Source: Candidatus Methylomirabilia bacterium (GTDB taxonomy: Bacteria > Methylomirabilota > Methylomirabilia > Rokubacteriales > CSP1-6). From it: DNA of 64,000 nt. The stretch is from positions 1 to 64,000 of the forward strand of contig JBGQEL010000014.1 of NCBI GenBank assembly GCA_041496385.1. The letters run 5' to 3'. Below, in pieces: positions 26,878 to 37,105 of this stretch. Under the pieces are notes generated by a model. The model had not been told where the DNA came from and ran no database searches. It worked only from the letters and a program-made list of their open reading frames with translations. How positions within the stretch are numbered: position 1 is the first letter of the stretch; every line of letters begins with the position of its first letter. The position numbers and the translations under genes were made by a program.

Positions 26878-28635
26878 TCAGGCGCCGGACAGCGCCTCGG
26901 CCGGGACCGGGGTCCAGTCGGCGAGCGCCTCGAGCCACTCGAGGCTCCGCGCGCTGAAGAGGGCCGCCGGGGGCGCGGGCGGGCGGAGCCAGCGGCGCGC
27001 GTAGAGGGCGGCCGCGAGCAGCTTCCGGTGGTCGTCGCGGCGCTCGCGGAGCGTCTGGCCCTCGGCGAGCAGGAGGCTCGTGGCCAGGACGTGGTAAAGC
27101 GTGTCGGCCACGGGGCGCGCGTCGAGCTCGCGCTCGGCGCGAGCCACCACGGGCCAGCCCTCGATCGTCCGCGCCAGCTCGCCGAGGGTCGTGCGCACGG
27201 CGTCCACCCAGGGCTTGGCGACAGGCTCGGCGACGCCGTCGAGGCGCGCGCTCGCGAACGTGGAGAGCGCGGCGAAGCCGCCGTCCTTGAGGATCGCGCG
27301 CTGGACGTCGAGCGCCACCACGTTGGCCGCGCCCTCCCAGATCGCGCCGAGGTAGCTGTCGCGCAGGAGCCGGGCGTTCGGCCATTCCTCGACGTAGCCG
27401 TTGCCGCCGCGGACGTTCATCGCCTCGCCGGCCACGACGCGCGCCCGCGTGGTCGTCCAGTATTTCGCGACGGGCGTCAGGACCCGGAGGAGCGTGCGGT
27501 CGGCGGCCGACCCCGCGTCCGCGCGGTCGTAGACGGCGGCCGCGTTCAGCACCACCGAGGCCGCGGCCTCGCCGTCGAGCAGCATCTCGAGGAGGGTCGC
27601 GCGGAGGAGCGGAAGCCGGATCAGCGCGTCGCCGAACGCCGCGCGGCCCCGCGCGTGCACGAGCGCCTCGAGCACCGAGCGCCGCATGATCCCCGCCGCG
27701 CGCATGGCGTTCGAGAGGCGCGAGCCGTTGACCATCTCCATCATCTGCTTGAAGCCGGCGCCGAGCTCGCCGACCACGTAAGCGGCGGCGCCCGCGTAGG
27801 TGACCTCGCCCGTCGCCATCGACTTCGACCCGAGCTTGTCCTTGAGCCGGTTGATGGTCCACGCGTTCCGGGTCCCGTCGGGCAGGCGCTTGGGCACGAG
27901 GAACATGGCGAGGCCGCGCGTGCCGGCGGGCGCGCCCTCGGGCCGGGCGAGCGTGAGCGCCACGTCGCAGTTGGCGTTCGAGCAGAACCACTTGTCGCCC
28001 CAGAGCCGCCAGGTCCCGTCGGCGTCGCGCCGGGCCAGGCTCGTCGCGGCTCCGACGTCCGAGCCCCCGGTCTTCTCGGTCATCCACTGGGTGCCCTGCC
28101 AGAGCTCGGCCGTGTCCGTGGCCGTGAGCCGCGCCAGGTACCGCGCCTGGAGCTCGGGGCTCGCGTGGCGGCGGAGCATGCGCGCGGTGGAGTCGGTCAT
28201 GTTCACGGGACAGAGGAGCCCGAACTCGGACTGGGAGAACAGGTACGAGAGCGCGTACTTTACCGTGTGCGGCGCCGGCCCGGGCCAGCCGAGCACGCCC
28301 GCGCGATGCGACATGGCGGCGAGGCCGAAGCGGCCGAAGGCCAGCCGCTCCATCTCGCGGTACGCGGGATGAAAGACGATCTCGTCCACGCGCCGGCCGC
28401 GCTCGTCGTAGGGGCGCAGCACCGGCGGGTGCCGGTCGGCGTCGGCGGCGAGGCCGTCGAGCGCGTCGCCCGCGATCGCGCCCAGCTCGACGAGGTGCGG
28501 CCGCGCGCGCTCGAGCGTCGCCGCGTCCATGACCGTCGAGCAGACGAACTCGAGGTTTGGATCCTCGAGGTAGAAGTTGAGGCCGCGCGTCGTCGGCATC
28601 GCGTCCTGCGCGGGCGTCGGCGACACGCGCGTCAC
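26878..28635 (-). CDS. Acyl-CoA dehydrogenase, AidB-like
   Basis: FHPAY, CPVNMT, QWMTEKTGGSDV, GDKWFCS, RLKDKLG, GGNGYVE, IWEG; GTGA overlap with upstream gene. Confidence 0.88.
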   Translation of the reverse strand: MTRVSPTPAQDAMPTTRGLNFYLEDPNLEFVCSTVMDAATLERARPHLVELGAIAGDALDGLAADADRHPPVLRPYDERGRRVDEIVFHPAYREMERLAFGRFGLAAMSHRAGVLGWPGPAPHTVKYALSYLFSQSEFGLLCPVNMTDSTARMLRRHASPELQARYLARLTATDTAELWQGTQWMTEKTGGSDVGAATSLARRDADGTWRLWGDKWFCSNANCDVALTLARPEGAPAGTRGLAMFLVPKRLPDGTRNAWTINRLKDKLGSKSMATGEVTYAGAAAYVVGELGAGFKQMMEMVNGSRLSNAMRAAGIMRRSVLEALVHARGRAAFGDALIRLPLLRATLLEMLLDGEAAASVVLNAAAVYDRADAGSAADRTLLRVLTPVAKYWTTTRARVVAGEAMNVRGGNGYVEEWPNARLLRDSYLGAIWEGAANVVALDVQRAILKDGGFAALSTFASARLDGVAEPVAKPWVDAVRTTLGELARTIEGWPVVARAERELDARPVADTLYHVLATSLLLAEGQTLRERRDDHRKLLAAALYARRWLRPPAPPAALFSARSLEWLEALADWTPVPAEALSGA

Positions 28636-29591
28636 CGCGCGACACCGATCTCGCGCAGGTAGCGCAGCACGCCCGGGTGGATCAGCTCGGCGCGCGGCGC
28701 CGCGGCCACCGTGTTCGCCGCCGTCGTCTCGCGCGCCTGGGGCAGGCGGCGCGCGAGCGCCGCCTCGCCGCGGTGCAGGGCCCGCGCCAGGCGGTAGGCC
28801 ACCTCGTCCGGAAGATCGGGCCGCGCGAGGACGAAGCTCCACGAGCCGACCGACGGGATCGCCGCCTCCTGCCCGGGGTAGGAGCCCGCCGCGACGGTCA
28901 TGGGCTTGAGGAAGGCGTGCTTGGCGAGGATGCGTGTGATCTCGCCGGCGCTCGGGGCGATGAAGCGCGCGCCGCCGGGTGCGGCGGCGACGGCGCCGAA
29001 GCCCGGCCAGCCGAGCCCGCCGCCCCAGAGCGCGGCGACGCGCCCGTCGAGCACCATGGCCGGTCCGTCGCCCGCGCGGTCCAAGTAGACCGCCTGGAAA
29101 TCGCGCTCCTGGTCGAGGCCCAGGCCGTCGAGCACGTAGCGCGCGAGGATGACGAGGCCCGAGCCGCGCGCGCCGAACGCGACGGGCTTGCCGCGCAGGT
29201 CCGCGACCGCGCGGTAGGGGCTGTCGGCGCGTACGACGAACATGCCCGGCGTCGAGTACATGGCGGCGACGAGCTTGAGCTGGGCCGGTGGCCGTCCGAT
29301 CCCGCTCACCGCCTCGTACACGACCTCGCCCTGGACGAGCGCGATGTCGAGCCGGCCCGCCTCGAGGAGCGGCACGTTCTCCGTGCTCCCCTTGGTATTC
29401 CGCGGCTCGACCGCGAGTGTCGGGTCCGTCTCGTTGATCGTCTCGGCGACGGCGCCGCCGTAGACGGGGAACCCGCCGCCCGGCGTCGCCGTCCCGAGGA
29501 CGACGACCGTCTTGTCGGCCGCCAATGCGGCGCCTCCCATCATCCACCCCCCGAGTGTCAGAGCCAGCACCGCCCGCGCGACGACGAACAT
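28632..29591 (-). CDS. TAXI-family TRAP solute-binding protein
   Basis: LGTATPGGGFPVYG, TKGSTEN, IHPGVLRY. Confidence 0.88.
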   Translation of the reverse strand: MFVVARAVLALTLGGWMMGGAALAADKTVVVLGTATPGGGFPVYGGAVAETINETDPTLAVEPRNTKGSTENVPLLEAGRLDIALVQGEVVYEAVSGIGRPPAQLKLVAAMYSTPGMFVVRADSPYRAVADLRGKPVAFGARGSGLVILARYVLDGLGLDQERDFQAVYLDRAGDGPAMVLDGRVAALWGGGLGWPGFGAVAAAPGGARFIAPSAGEITRILAKHAFLKPMTVAAGSYPGQEAAIPSVGSWSFVLARPDLPDEVAYRLARALHRGEAALARRLPQARETTAANTVAAAPRAELIHPGVLRYLREIGVAR

Positions 29592-29642
29592 GAGCGTTAC
29601 GCTACCACGCCCCCGCGCTATACTCCCGCCGGGAGGAAGCCG

Positions 29643-31172
29643 ATGAAGCTCGTCGTGCCGATCGTCGCGCTCGCGCTGACCGCCCTGACCGCGGCCGCCG
29701 ACGCCCAGCCCACGCAGATCACCATCGCGCTGCCGGCCGAGGCCGTCACGATGGATCCCGGCCGCAGCACGCAGGTCCTGAACGTCAACTACTTCTACAA
29801 CCTCTACGACTCGCTGACGCGCTGGGACGGAGCGCTCAAGCTGCAGCCGAGTCTCGCGACCGCCTGGAAGAACGTGAACGAGACTACCTGGGAGTTCACG
29901 CTGCGGCCCGGCGTGAAGTTCCACGACGGCGCGCCGCTGACCGCCGAGGACGTCAAGGCGACGCTCGAGCGCCTCATGGTGCCGGGCAAGACCGTCGTCC
30001 AGGCGGGCTTCGCCACGTTCGAGGCTGTCCAGATCGTGAATCCGACGACCATCCGCATCGTCACCAAGAAGCCCGACCCGCTGATCCTCGTGCGGCTGGC
30101 GCAGATGGGCTCGCAGATCCTGCCCGCGCGCCTCACGACCGACGAGGGCGTGAAGGATCTGGCGCGGCGGCCCGTGGGCACCGGCGCCTATCGCTTCGTG
30201 GAGTGGGTGAAGGACGAGCGGCTCGTCATGGAGGCCAACCGCGAGTGGTGGGGCTGGGAGGGGCGGCCGCCGGCGATCGACCGCATCGTCTGGAAGCCGA
30301 TCCCCGACGACTTCCCGCGCATCGTCGCGCTCGAGAAGGGCGAGGCGGACGTCATCACCAACGTCCCCCCGGACCGGATGAAGGCGCTCGCGGAGGGGCG
30401 GGGGACGAAGATCGTGAGCGCGCCGGCGACGCGCACCGTGACGGTTTCGATAAACGCGACCCAGCCGCCGCTGTCCGACAAGCGCGTGCGCCAGGCGCTG
30501 CACTACGCGCTCGACGTGCAAGCACTCGTCAAGAACCTCTACGCCGGGATGGGCACGCCCTTCAGCGGCGGCCTCGCCGACACCGACTTCGGCTACAACG
30601 CGACGCTCAAGCCCTATCCCTACGACCCGGCCAAGGCGAAGCTGCTCCTCGCGCAGGCGGGGCGCGGTGGCGGCATCGACGTCACGCTCTACGGCGGCAG
30701 CGGCACGATGGTCAACGACAAGTTCCTGCTCGAGGCGATGGCCGACATGTGGGCCAAGGTGGGCATCCGCGCGAAGGTCGAGATGATGGAGATGGGCGCG
30801 CGCCAGCGGATGAACAACGAGCGCGCGATCCCGCCGAATGGGCTGCTCCTCGTCAATCCGCAGTCCACGCTCCTCGACGCCGACGGCTCGCTCTGGCGCA
30901 TCTTCCACCCGAACGGCTTCAACGGGAAGTACTGGATCGGGAGCCAGCCCGGCCAGCGCTTCCACGAGCTGATGGAGCAGGCGCGCTACTCGCTCGACGT
31001 GAAGAAGCGCCAGCAGCTCTACGCCGAGGCGACCGCGATCGTCCACGATGAAAAGCCCTGGCTCGAGCTGTTCCAGGAGGTCGTGGTCTACGGCGTGAGC
31101 AAGCGTCTCCAGTTCAAGCCGCGCTCGGACTACCGGTTGATCGGTGCGGAGATGACGCTCGCGGGGCGCTGA
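29643..31172 (+). CDS. Peptide/nickel ABC transporter substrate-binding protein (family 5)
   Basis: Signal peptide, WEFTLRPGVKFHDG, PVGTGAY, DKRVRQAL, YPYDPAKAK. Confidence 0.9.
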   Translation: MKLVVPIVALALTALTAAADAQPTQITIALPAEAVTMDPGRSTQVLNVNYFYNLYDSLTRWDGALKLQPSLATAWKNVNETTWEFTLRPGVKFHDGAPLTAEDVKATLERLMVPGKTVVQAGFATFEAVQIVNPTTIRIVTKKPDPLILVRLAQMGSQILPARLTTDEGVKDLARRPVGTGAYRFVEWVKDERLVMEANREWWGWEGRPPAIDRIVWKPIPDDFPRIVALEKGEADVITNVPPDRMKALAEGRGTKIVSAPATRTVTVSINATQPPLSDKRVRQALHYALDVQALVKNLYAGMGTPFSGGLADTDFGYNATLKPYPYDPAKAKLLLAQAGRGGGIDVTLYGGSGTMVNDKFLLEAMADMWAKVGIRAKVEMMEMGARQRMNNERAIPPNGLLLVNPQSTLLDADGSLWRIFHPNGFNGKYWIGSQPGQRFHELMEQARYSLDVKKRQQLYAEATAIVHDEKPWLELFQEVVVYGVSKRLQFKPRSDYRLIGAEMTLAGR

Positions 31173-31184
31173 GGCCCCGGCGAG

Positions 31185-32726
31185 TCAGAAGCCTTTCGGC
31201 GCGCGGAAGCCGCCGACCACGTCGGCGAGCCGGCCGGCGAGCGCGATCGGCGTCGCGTCCTCGAGATACGGCCCCACGATCTGGATGCCGACCGGCAGCC
31301 CGCCCCGCGTGAGGCCGACCGGCGCCGTCGTGGCCGGCAGGCCCGCCAGCAGCGCGAACGAGATCCAGAACATCAGGTCTTGGTAGGGGCGCGGGCCCGC
31401 CGCCGTCGCCAGGACGCGGCGCTCGACGCCCGGGGTGTGGTCGTGGGGAAACGCGGGGACGAACGCGGTCGGCAGCAGGAACGCGTCGTGCGTGCGGAAG
31501 TACGCCTGCCAGATCCCGCGCGCCTGGCGGCCGCGCCGCTCCGCCGCCTGCTGGTACGCGTAGGGCGCCGTCACGGCGAGGGCGTACTTGGCGACGTAGG
31601 AGCCGTCCTGGTTGGCGGCGAGCTTCCGGAGCGCGTCGAGCTGGTAGTCCGGCGGCGGCGGCACGAACCGCGCGAAGAGCAGCGCGAGATAGGCGTCGTA
31701 CTGCTCCCGGGCGTTGACCCGCGGCGGCCAGCCCTCCTCGAGCGTCGCGCCGGCCTTGCGGAGCGCCTCCACCGCCGCGGCGAGCGCGTCGCCGACCTCG
31801 GGGGTGACGGGGCAGATCGGATCGTCGAGCACGTAACCGATCCGGTAGTCGCCGAGGCGCGCGCCCCGCGCCGGCGGCAGCGACCAGCGGTACGCGCGCG
31901 CCTCGTCCCCGTCGGGCCCGCCGAGCACCTCCATGGCCGCGCGCAGGTCCGCCGCCGAGCGCGCGAGCGGGCCGGCCACGGGCAGCGTCGAGGGCGGCGT
32001 CGCAGGGATCCCCGGTGGCGGCGGAATGTGGCCGCGCATCGGCACGACGTCGAGCGTGGGCTTGTGGCCGTAGACGCCGCAGAAGTGCGCCGGGATGCGG
32101 ATCGAGCCGCCGAGATCGCTGCCGGGCTCGAGGTAGCTGAGCCCCGCGGCCAGCGCCGCGGCACCGCCGCCCGTCGAGCCGCCCGGCGTGCGCGTGACGT
32201 CCCAGGGATTGTTGGTCTGGCCGTAGACGGCGTTGTAGCTCTGCCAGTCGCTCGCGAAGATCGGCACGTTGGTCTTGCCGAGCAGCACGGCGCCCGCGCG
32301 CCGGAGCCGCTCGACCACCGCCGCGTCGCGCGCCGGAACGTGGTCCTTCAGCGCGGGCGCGCCCGCGGTCGTGGTGACGCCGGCCACCTCGAACGTGTCC
32401 TTCACGGTGCACGGCACGCCGTGGAACGGCCCCCACCACTCGCCCCGCGCCAGCGCCTCGTCCGCGGCCTTCGCCCGGGCGAGGGCCGCGTCGGGGGTGA
32501 GCCGGACGATCGCGTTGAGCTTCGGGTTGTGCTGCGCGATGCGGTCGAGGATCCGCGTCGTCAGCTCCACCGAGGAGACCTGGCCGCTCCGGATCGCGCG
32601 CGCGGCGTCGAGCGCGGAGGCGAAGTCGAGGTCGGCGACGGCGGCGCGCGCGGCGCGTGCGGGGAGGAGCGCCGCGCCGACCATCGCCACGCCACCTCCG
32701 AGGAACGCGCGCCGCGAGAGGCTCAC
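31185..32726 (-). CDS. Tat-exported amidase (amidase signature family)
   Basis: SRRAFL Tat motif, GVPCTVKD, PGGSTGG, GSDLGGSIRIPA. Confidence 0.9.
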   Translation of the reverse strand: MSLSRRAFLGGGVAMVGAALLPARAARAAVADLDFASALDAARAIRSGQVSSVELTTRILDRIAQHNPKLNAIVRLTPDAALARAKAADEALARGEWWGPFHGVPCTVKDTFEVAGVTTTAGAPALKDHVPARDAAVVERLRRAGAVLLGKTNVPIFASDWQSYNAVYGQTNNPWDVTRTPGGSTGGGAAALAAGLSYLEPGSDLGGSIRIPAHFCGVYGHKPTLDVVPMRGHIPPPPGIPATPPSTLPVAGPLARSAADLRAAMEVLGGPDGDEARAYRWSLPPARGARLGDYRIGYVLDDPICPVTPEVGDALAAAVEALRKAGATLEEGWPPRVNAREQYDAYLALLFARFVPPPPDYQLDALRKLAANQDGSYVAKYALAVTAPYAYQQAAERRGRQARGIWQAYFRTHDAFLLPTAFVPAFPHDHTPGVERRVLATAAGPRPYQDLMFWISFALLAGLPATTAPVGLTRGGLPVGIQIVGPYLEDATPIALAGRLADVVGGFRAPKGF

Positions 32727-32736
32727 GGCGGAGAGC

Positions 32737-33648
32737 TTAGCCGCCCTTGAGGCGCGGGTCCAGCAGGTCGCGGAGCGCGTCGCCCAGCATGTTGAAGCCG
32801 AAGACCGCCAGCGAGAGCGCCACCGCCGGCCAGATCGCGAGCCACGGCGCCTGGTACATGTGGTCGAGGCCGGCGAGCGAGAGCATCCCACCCCAGGTCG
32901 GGTAGGGCGGCGGCACGCCGAGGCCGAGGAACGAGAGGCTCGCCTCGGTCAGGATCACCGTCGAGAGGCCCGTCGTCGCGACCACGATGATGGTCGGCAT
33001 CACGTTGGGCAGGATGTGCGTGAGGGTCGTCCGGATGTGCCCGGCGCCGAGCGCCCGCGCGCTCTCGACGAACGTGTGCTCCCGGACGGAGAGCGCCACG
33101 CCGCGGATGATCCGCGAGTTCTGGATGCCGAAGGCGACGCCCAGGACGATCGTGATGTTCCCGACGCTCGGGCCGAGGAGCGACATGATCGACATGAGCA
33201 GGAGCAGCGGCGGGAACGCCATCCAGGCGTCCACGCCGCGCTGCACGAGGAGGTCGAGCCGGCCGCCGAAGTAGGCGGAGAGCACGCCGATGACGGTGGC
33301 GAGCACGCTGCCGAGGGTGACGGCGCTGAAGCCCACGTAGAGCGAGACGCGCGCGCCGTAGATGAGCCGCGTCAGCAGGTCGCGTCCGATCTGGTCGGTG
33401 CCGAGCCAGTGCGCGCCGTTCATGGCGATGAAGCGCTCGCGGAGGCTCGTCTGGGCGAAGCTGTAGGGCGCGACCCAGTCGGCCAGGACGGCGGCGGCGA
33501 GCATGACGACGACGATCGCGCTGCCGATCGTGCCGAGCGGCTTTCGCCTGAGCATCTGGACCCAGACGTCGAGCCACCAGGGCCGTGTGCGCGCGCCGCG
33601 CCGCGCGGGGAGGGCGAGGGGCGCGCCCGCGAGGCCCGCGGCGGCCAG
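32737..33648 (-). CDS. Peptide ABC permease (DppC/OppC-like); start uncertain
   Basis: HWLGTDQIGRD, FVESARALGA, HILPNV, GDALRDLLDPR; likely CTG start after GAGG. Confidence 0.88.
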   Translation of the reverse strand: MAAAGLAGAPLALPARRGARTRPWWLDVWVQMLRRKPLGTIGSAIVVVMLAAAVLADWVAPYSFAQTSLRERFIAMNGAHWLGTDQIGRDLLTRLIYGARVSLYVGFSAVTLGSVLATVIGVLSAYFGGRLDLLVQRGVDAWMAFPPLLLLMSIMSLLGPSVGNITIVLGVAFGIQNSRIIRGVALSVREHTFVESARALGAGHIRTTLTHILPNVMPTIIVVATTGLSTVILTEASLSFLGLGVPPPYPTWGGMLSLAGLDHMYQAPWLAIWPAVALSLAVFGFNMLGDALRDLLDPRLKGG

Positions 33649-33661
33649 CGCCGGGCCTCGG

Positions 33662-34606
33662 CTAGTACCGAATCCGCGGATCCAGGAACGCATACGAGAG
33701 ATCGATCAGGAGGTTGAGCCCGACGATCATCGCCGCGATGATCAGGTTCACCGACTGGACGACGGGATAGTCGAGCCGCGAGAGCGCCTCGAAGAAGAAG
33801 AGGCCGACGCCGGGCAGGCGGAAGATCGCCTCGATGATCACCGAGCCGCCGATGTAGAGCGGCGTCTGGAGCCCGATGAGGCTGACGACCGGGATCATCG
33901 CGTTCTTGAGCGCGTGGCGCAGCACGATCGTCCGCTCGCCGAGCCCCTTCGACCAGGCCGTGCGGATGTAGTCCTGCCGCAGCACGTCGAGGAGCGCCGA
34001 GCGCATGATCCGCATGATCGGTCCCGCGCGTGTCACGCCGAACACGAGCGCCGGCACGAGCATGATCTTCAGATTCTCGAGCGGGTCCACGCTGAAGGCG
34101 ACGTAGGTCCAGACCGGCGTCCATTTGAAGTAGATGGCCGGCAGCACGACGACGACGACGGCCAGGCCGAAGTACGGGACCGAGAGCGCCAGGATCGCCA
34201 GCACCCGGCCGATGTAGTCGGACGCCGAGTCCTGCCGCACGGCCGAGACGATCCCGATGGCGATCCCCAGCACCACCGAGATGAGGATGGTCAGCGCCGC
34301 CAGCTCGAGCGTGACCGGGAACCGGCGGACGAACTCCTCGAGGATCGGCTGGCGCGTCCAGTATGAACGGCCGAAGTCCCCCTTGAGCACGATGTTGCCG
34401 ATCCACTCGAGGTACTGGATGTGGACCGGCCGGTCGAGGCCGAGGTCGTGCCGGAGCGCCGCGAGCGTCGGCGCGTAGGCGTGGCCCTCGACCATGCGCG
34501 TGACCACGTCACCCGGCATGAAGCGCATGAGTCCGAAGACGATGACGCTGACGAGGAAGAGCGTCGGGATCGCCAGCGCGACCCGGCGCAGGACGTACCG
34601 CTTCAC
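33662..34606 (-). CDS. Peptide ABC permease (DppB/OppB-like)
   Basis: GDFGRS, DYIRTAWSKGL, HALKNA, YAFLDPRI. Confidence 0.92.
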   Translation of the reverse strand: MKRYVLRRVALAIPTLFLVSVIVFGLMRFMPGDVVTRMVEGHAYAPTLAALRHDLGLDRPVHIQYLEWIGNIVLKGDFGRSYWTRQPILEEFVRRFPVTLELAALTILISVVLGIAIGIVSAVRQDSASDYIGRVLAILALSVPYFGLAVVVVVLPAIYFKWTPVWTYVAFSVDPLENLKIMLVPALVFGVTRAGPIMRIMRSALLDVLRQDYIRTAWSKGLGERTIVLRHALKNAMIPVVSLIGLQTPLYIGGSVIIEAIFRLPGVGLFFFEALSRLDYPVVQSVNLIIAAMIVGLNLLIDLSYAFLDPRIRY

Positions 34607-36213
34607 CTATCGAGCCACGTGTAGAGCAGGCGCATGCCGAGGCCGTAGCCGTCGTGGTGACGGAAGCCCTTCACGTAGGGCGGGTGCGCGACGTACTGCG
34701 GCCACTGCGGGACGTAGACGTAGTAGGCCTTGTCGGCGAGGTAGCGCTGGATGTCGTCCACGATCTGCTTACGCTTCTTCTGATCCATCTCGCGCCGCTG
34801 GGCGACGAGCATCTTCGTGAGCTCGGCGTCGGCGACGTGGCTCTGGTTGGTCGGCAGCTCGGGGTAGAAGCGCCCAAACAGGAAGTCGTCCACCTCGGTG
34901 AAGGGCGTCGAGGGCCCCATGGCCATCTTCTCGTACTTGCCGAGCATCGTGGTCGAGGAGTACTTGCCGTACTCCTCGGGCTTCAGCTCGACGTTGATGC
35001 CGACCTTGCCGAGGTTCTCCGCGGCCAGCTCGTAGTAGCTCCGCCACGGCACGACGTAGCCGGGCCAGTGGAAGAGCGGCGTCGTGAGCCCCTTGGCGTG
35101 ACCGGCCTCGGCCAGCAGCCTCTTCGCCTCGGCCGGGTCGTAGCCCACCAGGTACTTCGCCTTGGCCGGCTCCATCTTCGACGCCTCCAGCTTCCACTCC
35201 TTCAGCGCGCAGGGCACGGGCCCCGCGTCGACACAGCCCTCGCCGAAGAGGAGCGCGTCGTTCCAGGCCTTGCGGTCCAGCGCGAGCGCGACGGCGCGCC
35301 GGACACGCACGTCGTTGAAGGGGGGCTGGTCGGTGCGCATATAGATGAAGCCCACACCGATGACCAGTGTCGGCGTCACCACCATCTCGGGGTTGGTCTT
35401 CTGGACCGCCTTGCCCTCTTCCGGGCTCACCCAGCCCCAGATGTGGGGCAGCTCGGCCTTGCCCGCGCGCAGGACCGCGACGCGCGCCGCCGCGTCGGGC
35501 GTGATCTCGATGACGACGCCGTCGAGGTAGGGCAGGCCCTTCATGAAGTAGCCGGGATTGCGCTCGAAGGTGACCTTGACGCCCTTCTCGTAGGACTTCA
35601 GCACGAAGGGGCCGGTGCCGATCACGGCGTCCGGGTGGTTGAAGTCCTTGAACCGGTCCTCGGCCTCGCGCGGCAGGATCACGCAGAAGCTCGGGTTGGC
35701 CAAGTGGTTCAGGAAGGGCGCGAAGGGCTCCTTGAGCGTGACGCGGACCGTGTAGCGGTCCACGACGTCGATCCCCTGCACGGGCTCGAAGCGGTCGCGG
35801 AACGCCGACTTGGCCATGAACCGCTCGAGCGAGTACTTCGCGTCCTCGGCAGTGACCTCGCGGCCGTTGACGGGCGGCTTGTTGTGGAAGTGCACGCCCT
35901 TGCGGAGGTTGAAGGTGTACGTCTTGCCGTCCTTGGACACCGTCCACTTCTCGGCGAGGTCCCCCACGATCGAGAAATCGGTGGCCGACTTCTGCTCGGG
36001 GCCGTTGGGGAAGCGCACGAGCTGGCTGTAGGCCAGGCTCACGTAGGAGTGGGTCAGGAAGCTGATCGAGAGATGCGGGTCGAGCCCCGGCGCCTCACGC
36101 TCGGCGACGCGGAACACGCCCCCGCGCTTGGGCTGCTGCGCGGGCGCGGGCTGGACCACGCACACCGACACGAAGAGCGCGAGAAACGTAACGAGAGCGG
36201 CGCGTCGCGCCAT
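34603..36213 (-). CDS. Peptide ABC substrate-binding protein (family 5)
   Basis: YTFNLRKGVHFH, IGTGPF, PFNDVRVRRA. Confidence 0.9.
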   Translation of the reverse strand: MARRAALVTFLALFVSVCVVQPAPAQQPKRGGVFRVAEREAPGLDPHLSISFLTHSYVSLAYSQLVRFPNGPEQKSATDFSIVGDLAEKWTVSKDGKTYTFNLRKGVHFHNKPPVNGREVTAEDAKYSLERFMAKSAFRDRFEPVQGIDVVDRYTVRVTLKEPFAPFLNHLANPSFCVILPREAEDRFKDFNHPDAVIGTGPFVLKSYEKGVKVTFERNPGYFMKGLPYLDGVVIEITPDAAARVAVLRAGKAELPHIWGWVSPEEGKAVQKTNPEMVVTPTLVIGVGFIYMRTDQPPFNDVRVRRAVALALDRKAWNDALLFGEGCVDAGPVPCALKEWKLEASKMEPAKAKYLVGYDPAEAKRLLAEAGHAKGLTTPLFHWPGYVVPWRSYYELAAENLGKVGINVELKPEEYGKYSSTTMLGKYEKMAMGPSTPFTEVDDFLFGRFYPELPTNQSHVADAELTKMLVAQRREMDQKKRKQIVDDIQRYLADKAYYVYVPQWPQYVAHPPYVKGFRHHDGYGLGMRLLYTWLDR

Positions 36214-36257
36214 GAAGATCCTCCTGTGTGTCGCGTCACGGCTGGCGAAACTGGCCT

Positions 36258-36285
36258 ATTATCGTCACGAGGTACGGTCTGTCAA
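36258..36285 (-). promoter_or_regulatory. Sigma70 promoter for the peptide ABC/amidase operon
   Basis: TTGACA-N16-GATAAT upstream of AGGAGG RBS. Confidence 0.55.
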
Positions 36286-36301
36286 TGCGCGGCGCCTCGC
36301 G

Positions 36302-37105
36302 CTACGCGCCCGGCGCGGGCCACGCGGCGAAGTCGCGGGCGAACTGCTCGAGCGCCAGCAGCGCGATGCGATCGTCGCGCCGCGCGGCCTCGCGATGTGC
36401 GGGCGTGTTGTAGCCCCACGCAGCCAGAAAGAGCCGCGCGCCGGCGAGCGTCTCGTCCGTCTCGACGTCCTGCAGCGTCGCGAGCCGGTCCTCGACGAAC
36501 CAGATCCCGCGCGCGTCGCCCCCGGCGTGCCGCGCGGCGAGCTCCCGCAGCGTCTCGCGCTTGGGCCAGCGGACCTCCTTGCCGAGGACCTGGGCCTCGG
36601 GCAGGCGGACGCCCTGGCGCAGGAGGAGCTGGCGCGCGAAGCGGCCCTCCTTGGTGGTGACGACGTAGACGACCGGCCGCGGACCCGCGAGCCTTTGCAG
36701 GCGCGCGATCACACCCTCGTAGAACCGGTGGCTGTCGAGCCAGCCGCGCTCGTCACGGGCGATCCACGCATCCCGCACGCCGTCGAGCGCGGCGGTGGCG
36801 GCGTCGCGCGTGCACCCGAGTTCGGCGAGCCACGTCGCCGGGCGCCAGTCGCGCGCCGGCGCCTCGTCCGCGGCGCCGGACGCCAGCGCGTGCACGAGCG
36901 CCACCATCTCCCAGCCGGTTTCCACGAGCGGCCGCAGCCGGGCGAAGCGGTCGAAGAGGCTCGCGGGCGGCGCCTCCGGCGCGCCTGGCCGGAGCCTCCG
37001 CCAGGCGCGCCAGGCCGACTCGAAGTACTCGCGCATGCCGTCGCAGAGGACGCCGTCGAAGTCGAGCGCGAGGACGGCCGGCGATGTCGTGTACAGTGAG
37101 GTCAT
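36302..37105 (-). CDS. HAD-superfamily hydrolase
   Basis: LALDFDGVLCD, VVTTKEGRF, FVEDRL, AWGYN. Confidence 0.85.
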   Translation of the reverse strand: MTSLYTTSPAVLALDFDGVLCDGMREYFESAWRAWRRLRPGAPEAPPASLFDRFARLRPLVETGWEMVALVHALASGAADEAPARDWRPATWLAELGCTRDAATAALDGVRDAWIARDERGWLDSHRFYEGVIARLQRLAGPRPVVYVVTTKEGRFARQLLLRQGVRLPEAQVLGKEVRWPKRETLRELAARHAGGDARGIWFVEDRLATLQDVETDETLAGARLFLAAWGYNTPAHREAARRDDRIALLALEQFARDFAAWPAPGA

